This document shows, piece after piece, positions 50,556 through 59,930 of a stretch of 60,911 bases of DNA. How positions within the stretch are numbered: the first letter of the stretch is position 1; the number at the start of each line of letters is the position of its first letter. Origin of the DNA: Methanomassiliicoccales archaeon (GTDB taxonomy: Archaea > Thermoplasmatota > Thermoplasmata > Methanomassiliicoccales > UBA472); NCBI GenBank assembly GCA_035404085.1, contig DAONGL010000003.1, forward strand, positions 22,441 to 83,351, given 5' to 3'. Both the position numbers and the translations under genes were made by a program. A model generated the notes under the pieces. It was not told where the DNA came from and made no database searches. It was given only the letters and a program-made list of their open reading frames with translations.

Positions 50556-51209
50556 CTACGGTTTCCTCAGCAACACTTCGTACAGCTTCTTGGTGAAGGG
50601 CGGGGAGGGGTCGTCAAACTCCCTTACGTGCACGATATCGTAACCTCTGGACAGTCTCTTGATCTTGTCCTCGGAGAAGTAGTGGACCACGAAGCCGATG
50701 GGGTTCTGCCACATGTCCTCCCCCTTGTGCGGACCCTTTCCGAAATGCGGGTCGTGGTCGTTTCGCACCGAGTACAGGTTCAATCCGCCTGGCCTGAGCA
50801 CTCTGCGGCACTCGTCCAATATGAACTGGATGTCCTTTTCCCACAGCTCCATGGTCAGCAGCATGTGCGAGTACACCGCGTCCACCGAGCCGTCCGGGAG
50901 CGGAATTCCGGCCCGGAGGTCCTGGCACATGCATTCCACGTTCCCGTCCAGGCACATCTCCCTGGTCCTCTCCCTCATTTGGCATATGCCCGATTCGGAA
51001 TAATCAAGGGCGATGACCTGGAAACCCTCCTTGGCGAACAGGCAGGTGTCCCTACCCTGTCCGCATCCCAGCTCCAGGACCTTGCGGCAGCCGTTCTTCC
51101 GGAATATGTCCACGGCCCGGACGGCCAGGTCGCTCGGCTCAGCCCCGAAGAAGTTCGGTTTATTGGAGTACGTTGAGTTCCACTGCTTGCGCTGCTCACC
51201 CTCGGACAT
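50556..51209 (-). CDS. class I SAM-dependent methyltransferase
   Basis: VLELGCGQGRDT (motif I), ALDYS and RVLRPGG are present. 217 aa. Confidence 0.8.
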   Translation of the reverse strand: MSEGEQRKQWNSTYSNKPNFFGAEPSDLAVRAVDIFRKNGCRKVLELGCGQGRDTCLFAKEGFQVIALDYSESGICQMRERTREMCLDGNVECMCQDLRAGIPLPDGSVDAVYSHMLLTMELWEKDIQFILDECRRVLRPGGLNLYSVRNDHDPHFGKGPHKGEDMWQNPIGFVVHYFSEDKIKRLSRGYDIVHVREFDDPSPPFTKKLYEVLLRKP

Positions 51210-51218
51210 TTTACGCTC

Positions 51219-51944
51219 CTATAACGCCTTGGCCCTGGATTTCGGGATCGCACCTGCGCCCATGGTCTTGACGGCGGCCACGATCTTCTCGAAGTTCTTG
51301 AACGGGATGCCGATCAGCATCTCCTCGGCCATGATGTCGGTCGTCTTGCGGCAGCCGAAGCATCCCAGGGATATGTTGGTCTTGCCCTTGACTATGGGGA
51401 TGACGGTGGCGTCAACGCAACTGGCCTGAACGGCGGCCATCTCCACGGACACCCTTCCCCCCTCTTCGTAGGTCTGCGCGGCAGGGATCAGCCAGAACAC
51501 CTGCTCCGGCAAGGCGGTCAGGACGATGACGTCAGGGACCAGGGTGGCCTTGTCCAATGGAGCGGCGGCGACGCCGATGACGTCACCCAGGTGGAACGAC
51601 GTTCTCATCTCCAGGGTCTGCTTGGCCGCGGCCGGGTCCTTGAACATTCCCATGTTAGCGTGGAACTCTCCGGACGCCACCTTCTCCGGCACCGGTACCA
51701 TGCCCAGAGCGGACGCCCCCACCGGGCAGGCCTCCTTTTCCGGGGTCACCAACAGCTTCTCGCCCTTGCGAGCCCTCATGATAGTTCCGCAGTGCCTGAC
51801 CGGGGTTTCGGTCACTGGATAATCTGATGGAAGGGCATGTCCTTTCTTGATCAAGGTTATCGCAACTGGTTCATGCTTCAAGCCCAAGGTTTCCTTCAGA
51901 TCGCGTGCCATCGCAGCATAGTCGGACATAAAACCACCAAACAA
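51219..51944 (-). CDS. DUF169 domain-containing protein
   Basis: LGLKHEPVAITL...HCGTIMRARKGE...SLGCFGCR is the typical COG2043/DUF169 pattern. 241 aa. Confidence 0.7.
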   Translation of the reverse strand: MFGGFMSDYAAMARDLKETLGLKHEPVAITLIKKGHALPSDYPVTETPVRHCGTIMRARKGEKLLVTPEKEACPVGASALGMVPVPEKVASGEFHANMGMFKDPAAAKQTLEMRTSFHLGDVIGVAAAPLDKATLVPDVIVLTALPEQVFWLIPAAQTYEEGGRVSVEMAAVQASCVDATVIPIVKGKTNISLGCFGCRKTTDIMAEEMLIGIPFKNFEKIVAAVKTMGAGAIPKSRAKAL

Positions 51945-52041
51945 ATAGCGATATTGGCCGTTAATATAATTATCTATATAGCATATAAAATATAATAAAT
52001 TAATAATAATATATTTGGTCAGAAAGAAAAAAACAACCAGC
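51945..52041 (-). promoter_or_regulatory. extremely AT-rich spacer: hypE terminator (T-run) plus a DUF169-gene promoter candidate
   Basis: The minus strand reads gttgtttttttctttctg right after the hypE stop. A run of about 70 nt that is almost pure A/T follows (aatatattattattaatttattatattttatatgctatatagataattatattaa). Confidence 0.45.
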
Positions 52042-53088
52042 TCAGCAGATCCTTGGCACCGGGTCTCCCACCGGTGGCTCCAGTATGCGGCGCCCGCCGA
52101 CCTCGGTCCTCATCATGACGTGCTTGACCGCCTTGCTGGCGTGACCAACGATGGCCGCGTTCCGACCGTGCTCGTCCGAGCGAAGCGCCTTCAGAACTTC
52201 CTCGGCCATCTCCGGCACGCAGGCTATGACGACCTTTCCTTCGTTTCCGATGGTCAGCGGATCGAGGCCGAGCATCTCGCTGGCGTTCCTCACCGCGTCC
52301 GCGACCGGGATGTCCTTCTCCACCAGCTCCATGCCCACCTTCGACTTGGAGCTCCATTCGTTGATGGCGTTGGCGAAGCCGCCGCGGGTGGCGTCCTTCA
52401 TGGCGGTTATCCCGCCGACCTCCAGCAGCTTTCCGATCATGTGGTTTAGCGGCGCGCAATCGCTCTGCACCTGGCTCTCAAATCCGTATCCCTCGCGGAA
52501 GGATAGTAAGGCAATTCCATGGTCGCCGAGCGTTCCCGACACCAGTATGACGTCCCCGTCCCGGACGTTGTCGTCCGTCAGCCATCTGGAGTCCACCTTG
52601 CGGTAGGACGAGGCGATCTTCAGGTTGTGGTCCATGGCCGGGTGGCGCTTGCCGACAGCGGCCGCGGAGATGACCATTCTCTCGATCGCTCCCTTTTCCA
52701 TGACCTTTGTATCGCCAGTAACCACCGGCACGCCGGCCATCTCCGAGTAACGCCCGATGCTTTTGGTCACTCGCTCCAGCACCTCTATCTCCAGCCCCTC
52801 CTCCAGTATCATGGACATGGACAGCGCCAAAGGTCTTCCTCCCATGACCGCGATGTCGTTGACGGTGCCGCTTACGGCCAGAGAACCGATGTCCCCGCCC
52901 GGGAAGAAGATGGGTTTTACAGTGTGACCGTCGGTGGTGAAGATGATATCGTCAACTATAGCGGCATCGTCCATGGAGTCCAGGGGGACCTCGATCTTGA
53001 TCTTGGGAAAGAACGGGGCGATGGACTTGGAGATAAGTTCCTGCATCATCTCCCCGCCAGCCCCATGGCCCATGGTGACCCGCTTCAT
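52042..53088 (-). CDS. hypE: hydrogenase maturation protein HypE
   Basis: The start is trimmed to MKRVTMGHGAGGEMM. The protein has the PurM-like fold pattern and the diagnostic C-terminal ...GDPVPRIC. Confidence 0.9.
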   Translation of the reverse strand: MKRVTMGHGAGGEMMQELISKSIAPFFPKIKIEVPLDSMDDAAIVDDIIFTTDGHTVKPIFFPGGDIGSLAVSGTVNDIAVMGGRPLALSMSMILEEGLEIEVLERVTKSIGRYSEMAGVPVVTGDTKVMEKGAIERMVISAAAVGKRHPAMDHNLKIASSYRKVDSRWLTDDNVRDGDVILVSGTLGDHGIALLSFREGYGFESQVQSDCAPLNHMIGKLLEVGGITAMKDATRGGFANAINEWSSKSKVGMELVEKDIPVADAVRNASEMLGLDPLTIGNEGKVVIACVPEMAEEVLKALRSDEHGRNAAIVGHASKAVKHVMMRTEVGGRRILEPPVGDPVPRIC

Positions 53089-53189
53089 GAGTTGCCGAAG
53101 AAGGAGGCAGGTTATTAAGATTCCCAAAAGTCGATGCCCGGGAAGGGAGGAATAGTTTTAATTCCCCCGTTCCTTATGCGCCAAGGCAG

Positions 53190-53264
53190 GGGCTCGTAGG
53201 GTAGCCTGGATTATCCTTTTGGCCTTCGAAGCCGACGACTGGGGTTCAAATCCCCACGGGCCCG
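53190..53264 (+). tRNA. tRNA-Arg (anticodon UCG), CCA encoded at 53265..53267
   Basis: GGGCTCG-TA-GGGT..TCCT-T-TTGGC-CTTCGAA-GCCGA-CGAC-TGGGG-TTCAAAT-CCCCA-CGGGCCC-G-CCA. Confidence 0.88.
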
Positions 53265-53514
53265 CCATCATCCTAACCATCTATGAAAGCCAACCTGGTC
53301 AATATTCGGTCTGTAAGAATTTTGAATCAGGTTTACAAATTTTTAAAGACAAACGATCATACAATAGCCTGGTCACTTCAATTAAAAAAGTTTCATCCAA
53401 TAGTTATTTAAGTTCGTACAACGCATTTGTTTAACAGAGACGGCGAGAAGGTCAATGACCCATCATTGAATGGTTACGAGCCCTTCTCCTTGGTCTCTTA
53501 TCTTTTATTGATAT

Positions 53515-54222
53515 CTATTTCGGTCTCTGGATCGGTTTGAGGTGTTCGAATGAATGTTTTCTAACAAGGTCGAAAGCGTCCTGCTCCTTCTGGTTCCTAT
53601 AATATTGCCTAGCCACACCACTGACCATATCGGCTATCTGGAGGCCAGGAATCCTGTTGCTCCTCTCAAAATCAAAGGAAATTGTTATACCCTTGTCTTT
53701 CAAATTGTCCAATATCATATATTTGCATAATTCCAGTGCTTTTCCCCAAACCTCGGAGTCTAGCACGACGCCGACTTCAAATTTTCCATTTTTCTGAAAT
53801 GTCAGCAACGGTCGGAGATTGGATACGATCGAACGAGCTCTGATCCAATTTCCACACGGTTCGTTCCCGTTGGCGATCTGATGTTCGAACTCTGGAGAAA
53901 AGTCGACGGTTCTCCAGCACAGAGGTTCTTTTAGAATTATTCCATCACCTCTCAGTATCGAGTTGTCCGAATGGGACGCATGCAACGCGGTCTCAAGCAA
54001 GGTAGCCGATATCTGCCCTAATCCATCGGAATGGTGAATTTCTTTTTTTTGACTTTTTAAGAACGAATTTGCAACGGGTTTCATTGCGTCTATGGTATAT
54101 CTCAACGCATTCTGTGCTCCTCTGGTTGTTGAAGGACAGCACCACACCGAACTTACAGTAAAAACAGATTCACTAGCATCGGTCATACCGCTTTCGTCAA
54201 TATATACCAGGACTCTGGTCAA
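53515..54222 (-). CDS. DUF3800 domain-containing protein
   Basis: The N-terminal VYIDESG and C-terminal GLQIADMVSG motifs are the DUF3800 hallmarks. 235 aa. GC is about 42% on a hand-counted line. The stop is TAG. Confidence 0.65.
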   Translation of the reverse strand: MTRVLVYIDESGMTDASESVFTVSSVWCCPSTTRGAQNALRYTIDAMKPVANSFLKSQKKEIHHSDGLGQISATLLETALHASHSDNSILRGDGIILKEPLCWRTVDFSPEFEHQIANGNEPCGNWIRARSIVSNLRPLLTFQKNGKFEVGVVLDSEVWGKALELCKYMILDNLKDKGITISFDFERSNRIPGLQIADMVSGVARQYYRNQKEQDAFDLVRKHSFEHLKPIQRPK

Positions 54223-54473
54223 GTGACGGCAAATAACTGCGTTTTATTAATATAGATTCTATCTGGTTCTCTAAAAGTGGACGCATTAGTTTTACCCGGT
54301 CTTCTTGTTACCCCACCCATGTCAACATGGCCAGGTCCGTCAATGATGTGTGCGCCATCACGACATCTTATTTCTAGCGTGGGTCACCTGGTCCAAGCGA
54401 TCCGATATCAGTCCTCGTAGAATCGCTCAGTCTAATTCTTAAGATTGGTGCGGTCTCATCGGATGAAGTTCAT

Positions 54474-55049
54474 TCACATTCTCAGCGATCCGCGGAACCC
54501 CCGGGAGCTGTAGAACGAGGGGGCGCTGTTGTGATATACGAACACGTGTCCGTAACGCCGATCCGCGAACAGTGCTCCTCCGAGGGCCCTTATGTTCGTC
54601 GGTGTCCTGATCCAGCTGGACGTCTTCGTGTCGAAGCTTTCCAGTCTCTGTAAATCCCGGTACTGTTCCTCGGTCAGCAGCTCTATGCCCATGGCGGCCG
54701 CCATGCCCAAGGCGCTACCGGCGGGATGCACGCCCTTCCGCTCCCTCTCCTCCAGACCTTCCTGGTCGTAACAGACGCTCCGGCGGTCCTTGGGGCTCTC
54801 CTTCGAACAATCGAAGAAGATGAAAGCGCCGGACGAGCGATCGCAACCGACCACGTCCGGCTCTCCGCCGGTCCTCTCCATCTCCTGGAGCGACCATAAT
54901 CTATCTGGATCGGCGTTCAGCCTTGCTTGTACCTTGCTCCAATCCAGGTCCTTATGGCGGCTCTGGTTCTCCTCGAAACGGGCCTGCAAGACGGCCAAGA
55001 GGGCCTCTCGCTGCTCCGAGGTCAGTTCCTTCACCATCTCCTTCGCCAT
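54474..55049 (-). CDS. DUF4256 domain-containing protein
   Basis: LTSEQREALLAVLQARFE...MERTGGEPDVVG...FFDCSKESP...CYDQEG matches my recollection of DUF4256. 191 aa. Confidence 0.6.
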   Translation of the reverse strand: MAKEMVKELTSEQREALLAVLQARFEENQSRHKDLDWSKVQARLNADPDRLWSLQEMERTGGEPDVVGCDRSSGAFIFFDCSKESPKDRRSVCYDQEGLEERERKGVHPAGSALGMAAAMGIELLTEEQYRDLQRLESFDTKTSSWIRTPTNIRALGGALFADRRYGHVFVYHNSAPSFYSSRGFRGSLRM

Positions 55050-55206
55050 GGTGCTTTGCTTGGAAGTGCGGACAGATAATTATTTCTCAGGCGCCAATAA
55101 CGCCCTCGTTCTTTCCTTTCCGCCGGTCAATAGACAGTGGTAAATAAGTAGGGGAAGCGCATTGACGAAATCGAACATATCCCTAGGGGGTGGCATCATA
55201 GACGGC

Positions 55207-55311
55207 ATGATACTCATAATCGCACCGTTCCTTCCTACGATAGTCCTCTTAGCCTTGGTCTACATGACCTTGAACAAGAGGAAGAAGAAGGAACTGGCAG
55301 CCAAGAAATAG
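55207..55311 (+). CDS. possible 34-aa single-TM peptide (or 49 aa from TTG 55162)
   Basis: My translation is MILIIAPFLPTIVLLALVYMTLNKRKKKELAAKK*. A GGTCT-ctgaacc-AGACC hairpin and a T-run follow it. There is no homology evidence. Confidence 0.25.
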   Translation: MILIIAPFLPTIVLLALVYMTLNKRKKKELAAKK

Positions 55312-55450
55312 GTCTCTGAACCAGACCTCGGTCCTTTTTTTAGATCCGACCGAACGTCAGTTTATGGCTTATCAACTATGCTCGTCGGAGGATCAGGTTT
55401 TCCATCCTATCTAGGAAACGATTATCTCACCCTCCTTCGTTCCACCCGTC

Positions 55451-56392
55451 ATGGCAGATAACTGGAACTGGCGCGATGATCGGATACCCCGGATTGACGG
55501 AAAACGGGTCATCGTCACCGGTGCCGCTTCCGGTCTAGGGGCGTACATCGCGGAGGCGCTCTCCGCGAAAGGCGCATTCGTGGTCCTGGCCGACAAAGAC
55601 ATCATTGGCGCTCGATCGGTCGCCGACAGGATCCGCTCATCGGTCCCTGGAGCCGAACCGACCGTTCACGAGCTGGACCTGGCCGACCTGGACTCGATCG
55701 AACGGTTCGCCTCCTGGTACCAGGCCGAACACAATACGCTCGATATTCTGATCAACAACGCGGGAATCATGACCCCGCCGTACGGACGAACGGCGCAAGG
55801 GTTCGAGTCGCAGATCGGGGTCAACCATCTGGGGCATTTCGCCCTGACCTATCATCTGTTCCCCCTTCTATCGGCGACCACCGGTTCCCGCCTGGTGACC
55901 CAGACCAGCATCGTGCACCGCGGAGGGAAGATCAACTTCCAGGACATTAACTCGGAGAGGTCGTACAGTCCCTGGAACGCTTATAAACAGAGCAAGCTGG
56001 CCACCCTGCTGTTCTCCCGAGAGCTGGACAGAAGGCTATCCTATATAGGCGTCGATGCGCCGATGAGCATCGCCTGCCACCCCGGGCTGGTGAACACCCA
56101 GTTATATCGGAACCGGGAGAGGATGCGCAGTTGGCTGAGGCCGTTCATGCACGATCTGGAAGCTGGTGCCATGCCGGCCCTGCGCGCGGCGCTCGATCCC
56201 GCGGCCAAAGGAGGTCAGATCTATGGCGCGGGCGGTTGGATGGAGTTCAAAGGCCCGGCCGTTCTGGTCCCGCCGCATCGCCGAGGGAAGGACATGGAAC
56301 TGGCATCCAGGGTCTGGGACCTGTCTGAGAAGATGACCGGGCTGGACCTCTCGGCGCGCATCAAGGAGCGCAGGCCATCGGCTAGCAGGTGA
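55451..56392 (+). CDS. SDR-family oxidoreductase
   Basis: VIVTGAASGLG (TGxxxGxG), NNAG and YKQSK (YxxxK) are present. 313 aa. Confidence 0.85.
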   Translation: MADNWNWRDDRIPRIDGKRVIVTGAASGLGAYIAEALSAKGAFVVLADKDIIGARSVADRIRSSVPGAEPTVHELDLADLDSIERFASWYQAEHNTLDILINNAGIMTPPYGRTAQGFESQIGVNHLGHFALTYHLFPLLSATTGSRLVTQTSIVHRGGKINFQDINSERSYSPWNAYKQSKLATLLFSRELDRRLSYIGVDAPMSIACHPGLVNTQLYRNRERMRSWLRPFMHDLEAGAMPALRAALDPAAKGGQIYGAGGWMEFKGPAVLVPPHRRGKDMELASRVWDLSEKMTGLDLSARIKERRPSASR

Positions 56393-56427
56393 AAAAAGGT
56401 CTTTATCAGGAACATTGTTGCCGGTAC

Positions 56428-56721
56428 ATGGACCAACTGACCGTCGTCGGGTTGCTTGCCGGCCTGATAACGACCCTGGGTTTCGTTCCCCAGGTGGTCA
56501 AGGGATACCGCAGCGGGCGCATGGAGGACGTTTCGCTCATCATGCCTGCGGTGCTCATGGTGGGTATGGGCCTTTGGCTGGTCTACGGGATCTTCCTCAA
56601 CGATCTTCCGATCATCCTGTGGAACGCGGTCTCCATAGCCCTGAACGCGGTCATGATATTCCTGAAGCTACGCTCCGACCGAGGAAAGAAGAAAGGGGCG
56701 GACCCCCAGTTCACTCGCTGA
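56428..56721 (+). CDS. SemiSWEET / PQ-loop family transporter
   Basis: The start is trimmed to MDQLTVVG. The protein has three TM helices, the GFVPQVVKGYRSG PQ motif, and is about 97 aa. Confidence 0.65.
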   Translation: MDQLTVVGLLAGLITTLGFVPQVVKGYRSGRMEDVSLIMPAVLMVGMGLWLVYGIFLNDLPIILWNAVSIALNAVMIFLKLRSDRGKKKGADPQFTR

Positions 56722-57451
56722 CCCTGGAGAACGGGCAGACCGAGATGCATCTTCCGCAGGCCATCTCCGGCTTGCTCCCGTCGCCGATCAGCTTGGCCTC
56801 GTAGACACCGCACTTGGCCCAGTCGATGACCAGGTCCCGGCTCTCCGGGTGATGCTTGAAGTTCGGTCCCTTCAGCACCTTCATGGCGCAGCGGTCGACG
56901 CAAGCCGTGCAGTCGCCGCACTGGTTGTCGATGAGCTTGGCTTGGCGGGTGACTGGCATGTTCGTGAGCACCGCGCCCATGCGCTGCCTGGCGCCATACT
57001 CCTCGGTTATCAAGAGCCCGTTCTTGCCTATCCATCCCATGCCCGACAGGGAGGCGATGGCCTTCTGGGATATCGGTCCGAGGAGCTTTTCCTTATCGAC
57101 CCTCAGCGCGGGGTCGACGAACCTGGCCTGGTAACCTTCCGCGGCAAGTATTTGGACGATCTTCTCGCCCGCCTCCTTGAGCTTCTTGTTGCACATCTTG
57201 TAGGCCGAGCGCATCTCCTCGCTGGGCTTCTTCAAGGACGCCAGGGCGGCTTCCTTGGGGATCTCCACGGCGAAGGTCACCGCATAAGGGAACTCGAAGG
57301 TCGTGGCATCGCCAGCAAGCATTCCTTTCAATGGAGACAGGTCCGCGAATCCTACCAGGCCGGAACCGGACTCCCGGGCGGCAGCTTCGATCTTCTGATA
57401 AATGGTATCTGAATGGTCAGAGGTCATGGGCCGTCGATGGGCATGGCCCAA
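56711..57451 (-). CDS. 4Fe-4S protein of the epoxyqueuosine-reductase/reductive-dehalogenase-like family
   Basis: GWIGKNGLLIT...ARQRMGAVLT, CGDCTACVDRC and CGRCISVCPF are present. 246 aa. Confidence 0.55.
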   Translation of the reverse strand: MGHAHRRPMTSDHSDTIYQKIEAAARESGSGLVGFADLSPLKGMLAGDATTFEFPYAVTFAVEIPKEAALASLKKPSEEMRSAYKMCNKKLKEAGEKIVQILAAEGYQARFVDPALRVDKEKLLGPISQKAIASLSGMGWIGKNGLLITEEYGARQRMGAVLTNMPVTRQAKLIDNQCGDCTACVDRCAMKVLKGPNFKHHPESRDLVIDWAKCGVYEAKLIGDGSKPEMACGRCISVCPFSRVSE

Positions 57452-57482
57452 TCATAAAGGTTATCACAGAAAGAACATACGG

Positions 57483-57860
57483 TCAGATGGACCTGCCATC
57501 CAAGTACGAACGGCCCTGCTCCGTCAGACTGTATACGCGCCAGTTCTTGTTCTGGCGCCATACGGTCAGTTTGGCCTTCTCCAGGATGCTGAGATGATAG
57601 GACAGCTTGGAGTCCGTGAGCCCCGTAAGTTCCTTCAGAACGCAGGGGCAGAGCTCGCTAACGCCCAACAGATGGACGATCTGCAATCTCACGGGATCGG
57701 AGAGCGCCTGGTGGCGGTCCGCCTGGTCCTTTATGGAGTCCTTGTCCGGGACCTTTGACAGGAGCCCCTCGCGTCCTCCAGCATCCCGAAGCCCGTCAGC
57801 CACTTCCTTGGGCAGGGAACAGTTACCTTCGCCAGACCCGCCGACCCCTTCGTTCGCCAT
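57483..57860 (-). CDS. ArsR/SmtB-family transcriptional regulator
   Basis: ALSDPVRLQIVHLL, the metal-site-like ELCPCVL, and SKLSYHLSILEKAKL (wHTH) are present. Confidence 0.85.
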   Translation of the reverse strand: MANEGVGGSGEGNCSLPKEVADGLRDAGGREGLLSKVPDKDSIKDQADRHQALSDPVRLQIVHLLGVSELCPCVLKELTGLTDSKLSYHLSILEKAKLTVWRQNKNWRVYSLTEQGRSYLDGRSI

Positions 57861-57939
57861 CTTACCAGCTCACCGAACACCACAGAGGCGCACCTCGTTA
57901 TTTTACCTTCGGTTACTTGCGGAATTAAGCCACGACCGT

Positions 57940-58203
57940 TCAGAAGATGTCGAGCACCTGGACGTAACGGTACAGAAGATAGATCACCAGGGCGTAACCG
58001 GCCACCCGGATCCCGAAGACGACCAGTTCCAGGCCATCGAACAGTCCTACAAGTATCATGAGGTGGGATACCGCGAACAAGGCGAAGACCCCGGCCAGCA
58101 TCAACGGCAAGGTGTGCTTACTCCTACGATATCCCAGCAGTCCCAACCCCACGATGGTCAGGCACAGAAGGAGGTTCGCCAGGGTCAGCAGGTCTATGTC
58201 CAT
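57940..58203 (-). CDS. small 3-TM membrane protein, unknown function
   Basis: The start is trimmed to MDIDLLTLANLLLCL so that it does not overlap fpg. 87 aa and hydrophobic. Confidence 0.45.
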   Translation of the reverse strand: MDIDLLTLANLLLCLTIVGLGLLGYRRSKHTLPLMLAGVFALFAVSHLMILVGLFDGLELVVFGIRVAGYALVIYLLYRYVQVLDIF

Positions 58204-58246
58204 GACGTCCTGTACTATTATTTCAGATGCTATATTAAGGAACCAG

Positions 58247-59035
58247 TCATGGTTTCGTTCTGAGCGATTGACATTCCGGACACAGTATGGTGGTCCGGCC
58301 GCCGATCCGGATGGCTGCGAGCTCAGTGGAACAGCGCGGGCATGCCGCACCCTCCCTTCGGTCCCGAAGCAGGAAGCCCTCGGGAAGCCTGGAGAACTCC
58401 GTGCGCACCGATATGGAGGCTTCCAGAACTTTTCTGACGCGCTTCCCGAGCCTAGCCATATTCGCCTCAGGTATTGTGTCGGCCTTGGTGGCAGGATGCA
58501 GATGCTCTTGGAACAGCGTCTCGTCAGCGTACAGGTTCCCTACGCCGGCGATCAGCGACTGGTCCAAAAGCAGCGGTTTGATGGAACCCCGTCGGCCAGC
58601 CATCTGCGAGACGAAGACCTTGTCCGACATGGTCAAGGCGTCCGGCCCAAGGTCCCTTTCGGTCAGCAGGTCCTCGAGCCGATGGTAGAGGCCGAACCGG
58701 CCGAAGCGCCGGGGGTCGTCAAGGACCAAGGCACCCTCGTCCAGGCCCAGGCGCAGCCTTTCATGAGGAGTGGTCTCGCGATCATCCACCAGATGCAGTG
58801 AGCCGCTCATGCCAAGGTGTATGAAGAGATGGTCGTCCCCGATCCTCACCAGCAGGTTCTTGCCGTGGCGGTGGGCGTCACCGACGCTCCGTCCGATGAA
58901 AGCCTCCCGCATGGTACGCTCGGACCCGTTGGTCAGCATCTTGTGGTCCTTGACCTGCAATGAAGCGACCCGCTTCCCATTCAGGCGGTCCTGAACCAAC
59001 ATCCTGGCCATCTCCACCTCCGGCAGTTCGGGCAT
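58247..59035 (-). CDS. fpg: formamidopyrimidine-DNA glycosylase / Nei-family DNA glycosylase-AP lyase
   Basis: The start is trimmed to MPELPEVE, with the catalytic Pro2/Glu3. An H2TH region (LLLDQSLIAGVGNLYADE) and the C-terminal Zn finger CPRCSTEL...CPECQ are present. Confidence 0.85.
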   Translation of the reverse strand: MPELPEVEMARMLVQDRLNGKRVASLQVKDHKMLTNGSERTMREAFIGRSVGDAHRHGKNLLVRIGDDHLFIHLGMSGSLHLVDDRETTPHERLRLGLDEGALVLDDPRRFGRFGLYHRLEDLLTERDLGPDALTMSDKVFVSQMAGRRGSIKPLLLDQSLIAGVGNLYADETLFQEHLHPATKADTIPEANMARLGKRVRKVLEASISVRTEFSRLPEGFLLRDRREGAACPRCSTELAAIRIGGRTTILCPECQSLRTKP

Positions 59036-59134
59036 AATGACACGAACGACCGCATCGTACATAATGTGCTCGAATGGTCACATGTGTCCGCTCCTGTTTA
59101 GTAAAGTGCTCAACCTAGCCTAGCTCAAGGAATA

Positions 59135-59587
59135 ATGGAGGGTGATGCTTCAATGAGCGACAACGAATGGGCCTGCGGCGATCGCAGGGATTGGAGGTCG
59201 GTCAAGGGAATGAGCTGGCGTGTCACGGTCAGCGCCGTATCCGCGTTAGGATGGTTCGGTTTCGTGATCGCCTGGCTTTTCTTCCTGGCCGATGGATACA
59301 GCATACTGCAGAACCTTGCGGTCCTCATGCTGTCCGTGGTGGCCCTGGCCATCATCAACGTGACCGCCTGGATGACCTTCGCCCAGAGCATGGGCGAGCT
59401 GAAGGACATCAGCTGCGAAGGGGAGAAGCACGGCATGGCCAAGGGCGCCCTCGCGCTCATCTGGCTGGTGGCGATAGGGGTCTGGCTGTTCTGGTACGCC
59501 GGCGATTACAGCCTCTACCAGAACCTGGCGGTGCTGCTGCTCTCCATCGTCCCGGTGGCGGGCATCGGCATGCTGCTGGGAAAGTGA
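59135..59587 (+). CDS. 4-TM membrane protein made of an internal 2-TM duplication
   Basis: WLFFLADGYSILQNLAVLMLSVV and WLFWYAGDYSLYQNLAVLLLSIV are clearly paralogous halves. Confidence 0.55.
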   Translation: MEGDASMSDNEWACGDRRDWRSVKGMSWRVTVSAVSALGWFGFVIAWLFFLADGYSILQNLAVLMLSVVALAIINVTAWMTFAQSMGELKDISCEGEKHGMAKGALALIWLVAIGVWLFWYAGDYSLYQNLAVLLLSIVPVAGIGMLLGK

Positions 59588-59588
59588 G

Positions 59589-59930
59589 CTACCACATCAA
59601 TAACGAAGGGGGTTCCGAGGCCGCTTTTTCCAGGACCTCCTTCAACTTTTCTTTGCTCGGCACTCCGCCGAACAACGTCAATTTCTCATTGACAAAGAGG
59701 GCGGGAGCGACCGCCGGGCCGTACTTGCCATACAGCGGCTGGATCGCCCCCACGAAGAAGTAGGTCAGGCTCATGCGGGCCTCGGTGGCCGTGACCAGGT
59801 CGAGGTCTGCTTCCACACCGGTCTCCTCCAGTACCTGCCTTATCAGTTCCAGGTATCTTTTATCGTGCACCGCGGTCTGGGGGTGGCAGCAGGAGACCGA
59901 GAAGACGGTCAGTTTGAGCCTATTTCCCAT
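59589..59930 (-). CDS. thioredoxin-fold protein, possibly an ArsD-like metallochaperone
   Basis: LKLTVFSVSCCHPQ has a vicinal Cys pair after beta1, as in ArsD, and ..PALFVNEKLTLFGGVPSKEKLKEVL follows. It overlaps the arsA-like gene by 11 nt. Confidence 0.35.
   Translation of the reverse strand: MGNRLKLTVFSVSCCHPQTAVHDKRYLELIRQVLEETGVEADLDLVTATEARMSLTYFFVGAIQPLYGKYGPAVAPALFVNEKLTLFGGVPSKEKLKEVLEKAASEPPSLLMW

Noticed and set aside
53240-54473. att-type direct repeat of the tRNA-Arg 3' end bounding the DUF3800 islet
   Set aside because: I looked for ttcaaatccccacgggcccgcca-like sequence at the distal border (54230-54470). I found only a weak ccccaccc match, so the islet boundary is not supported as an intact integration site.
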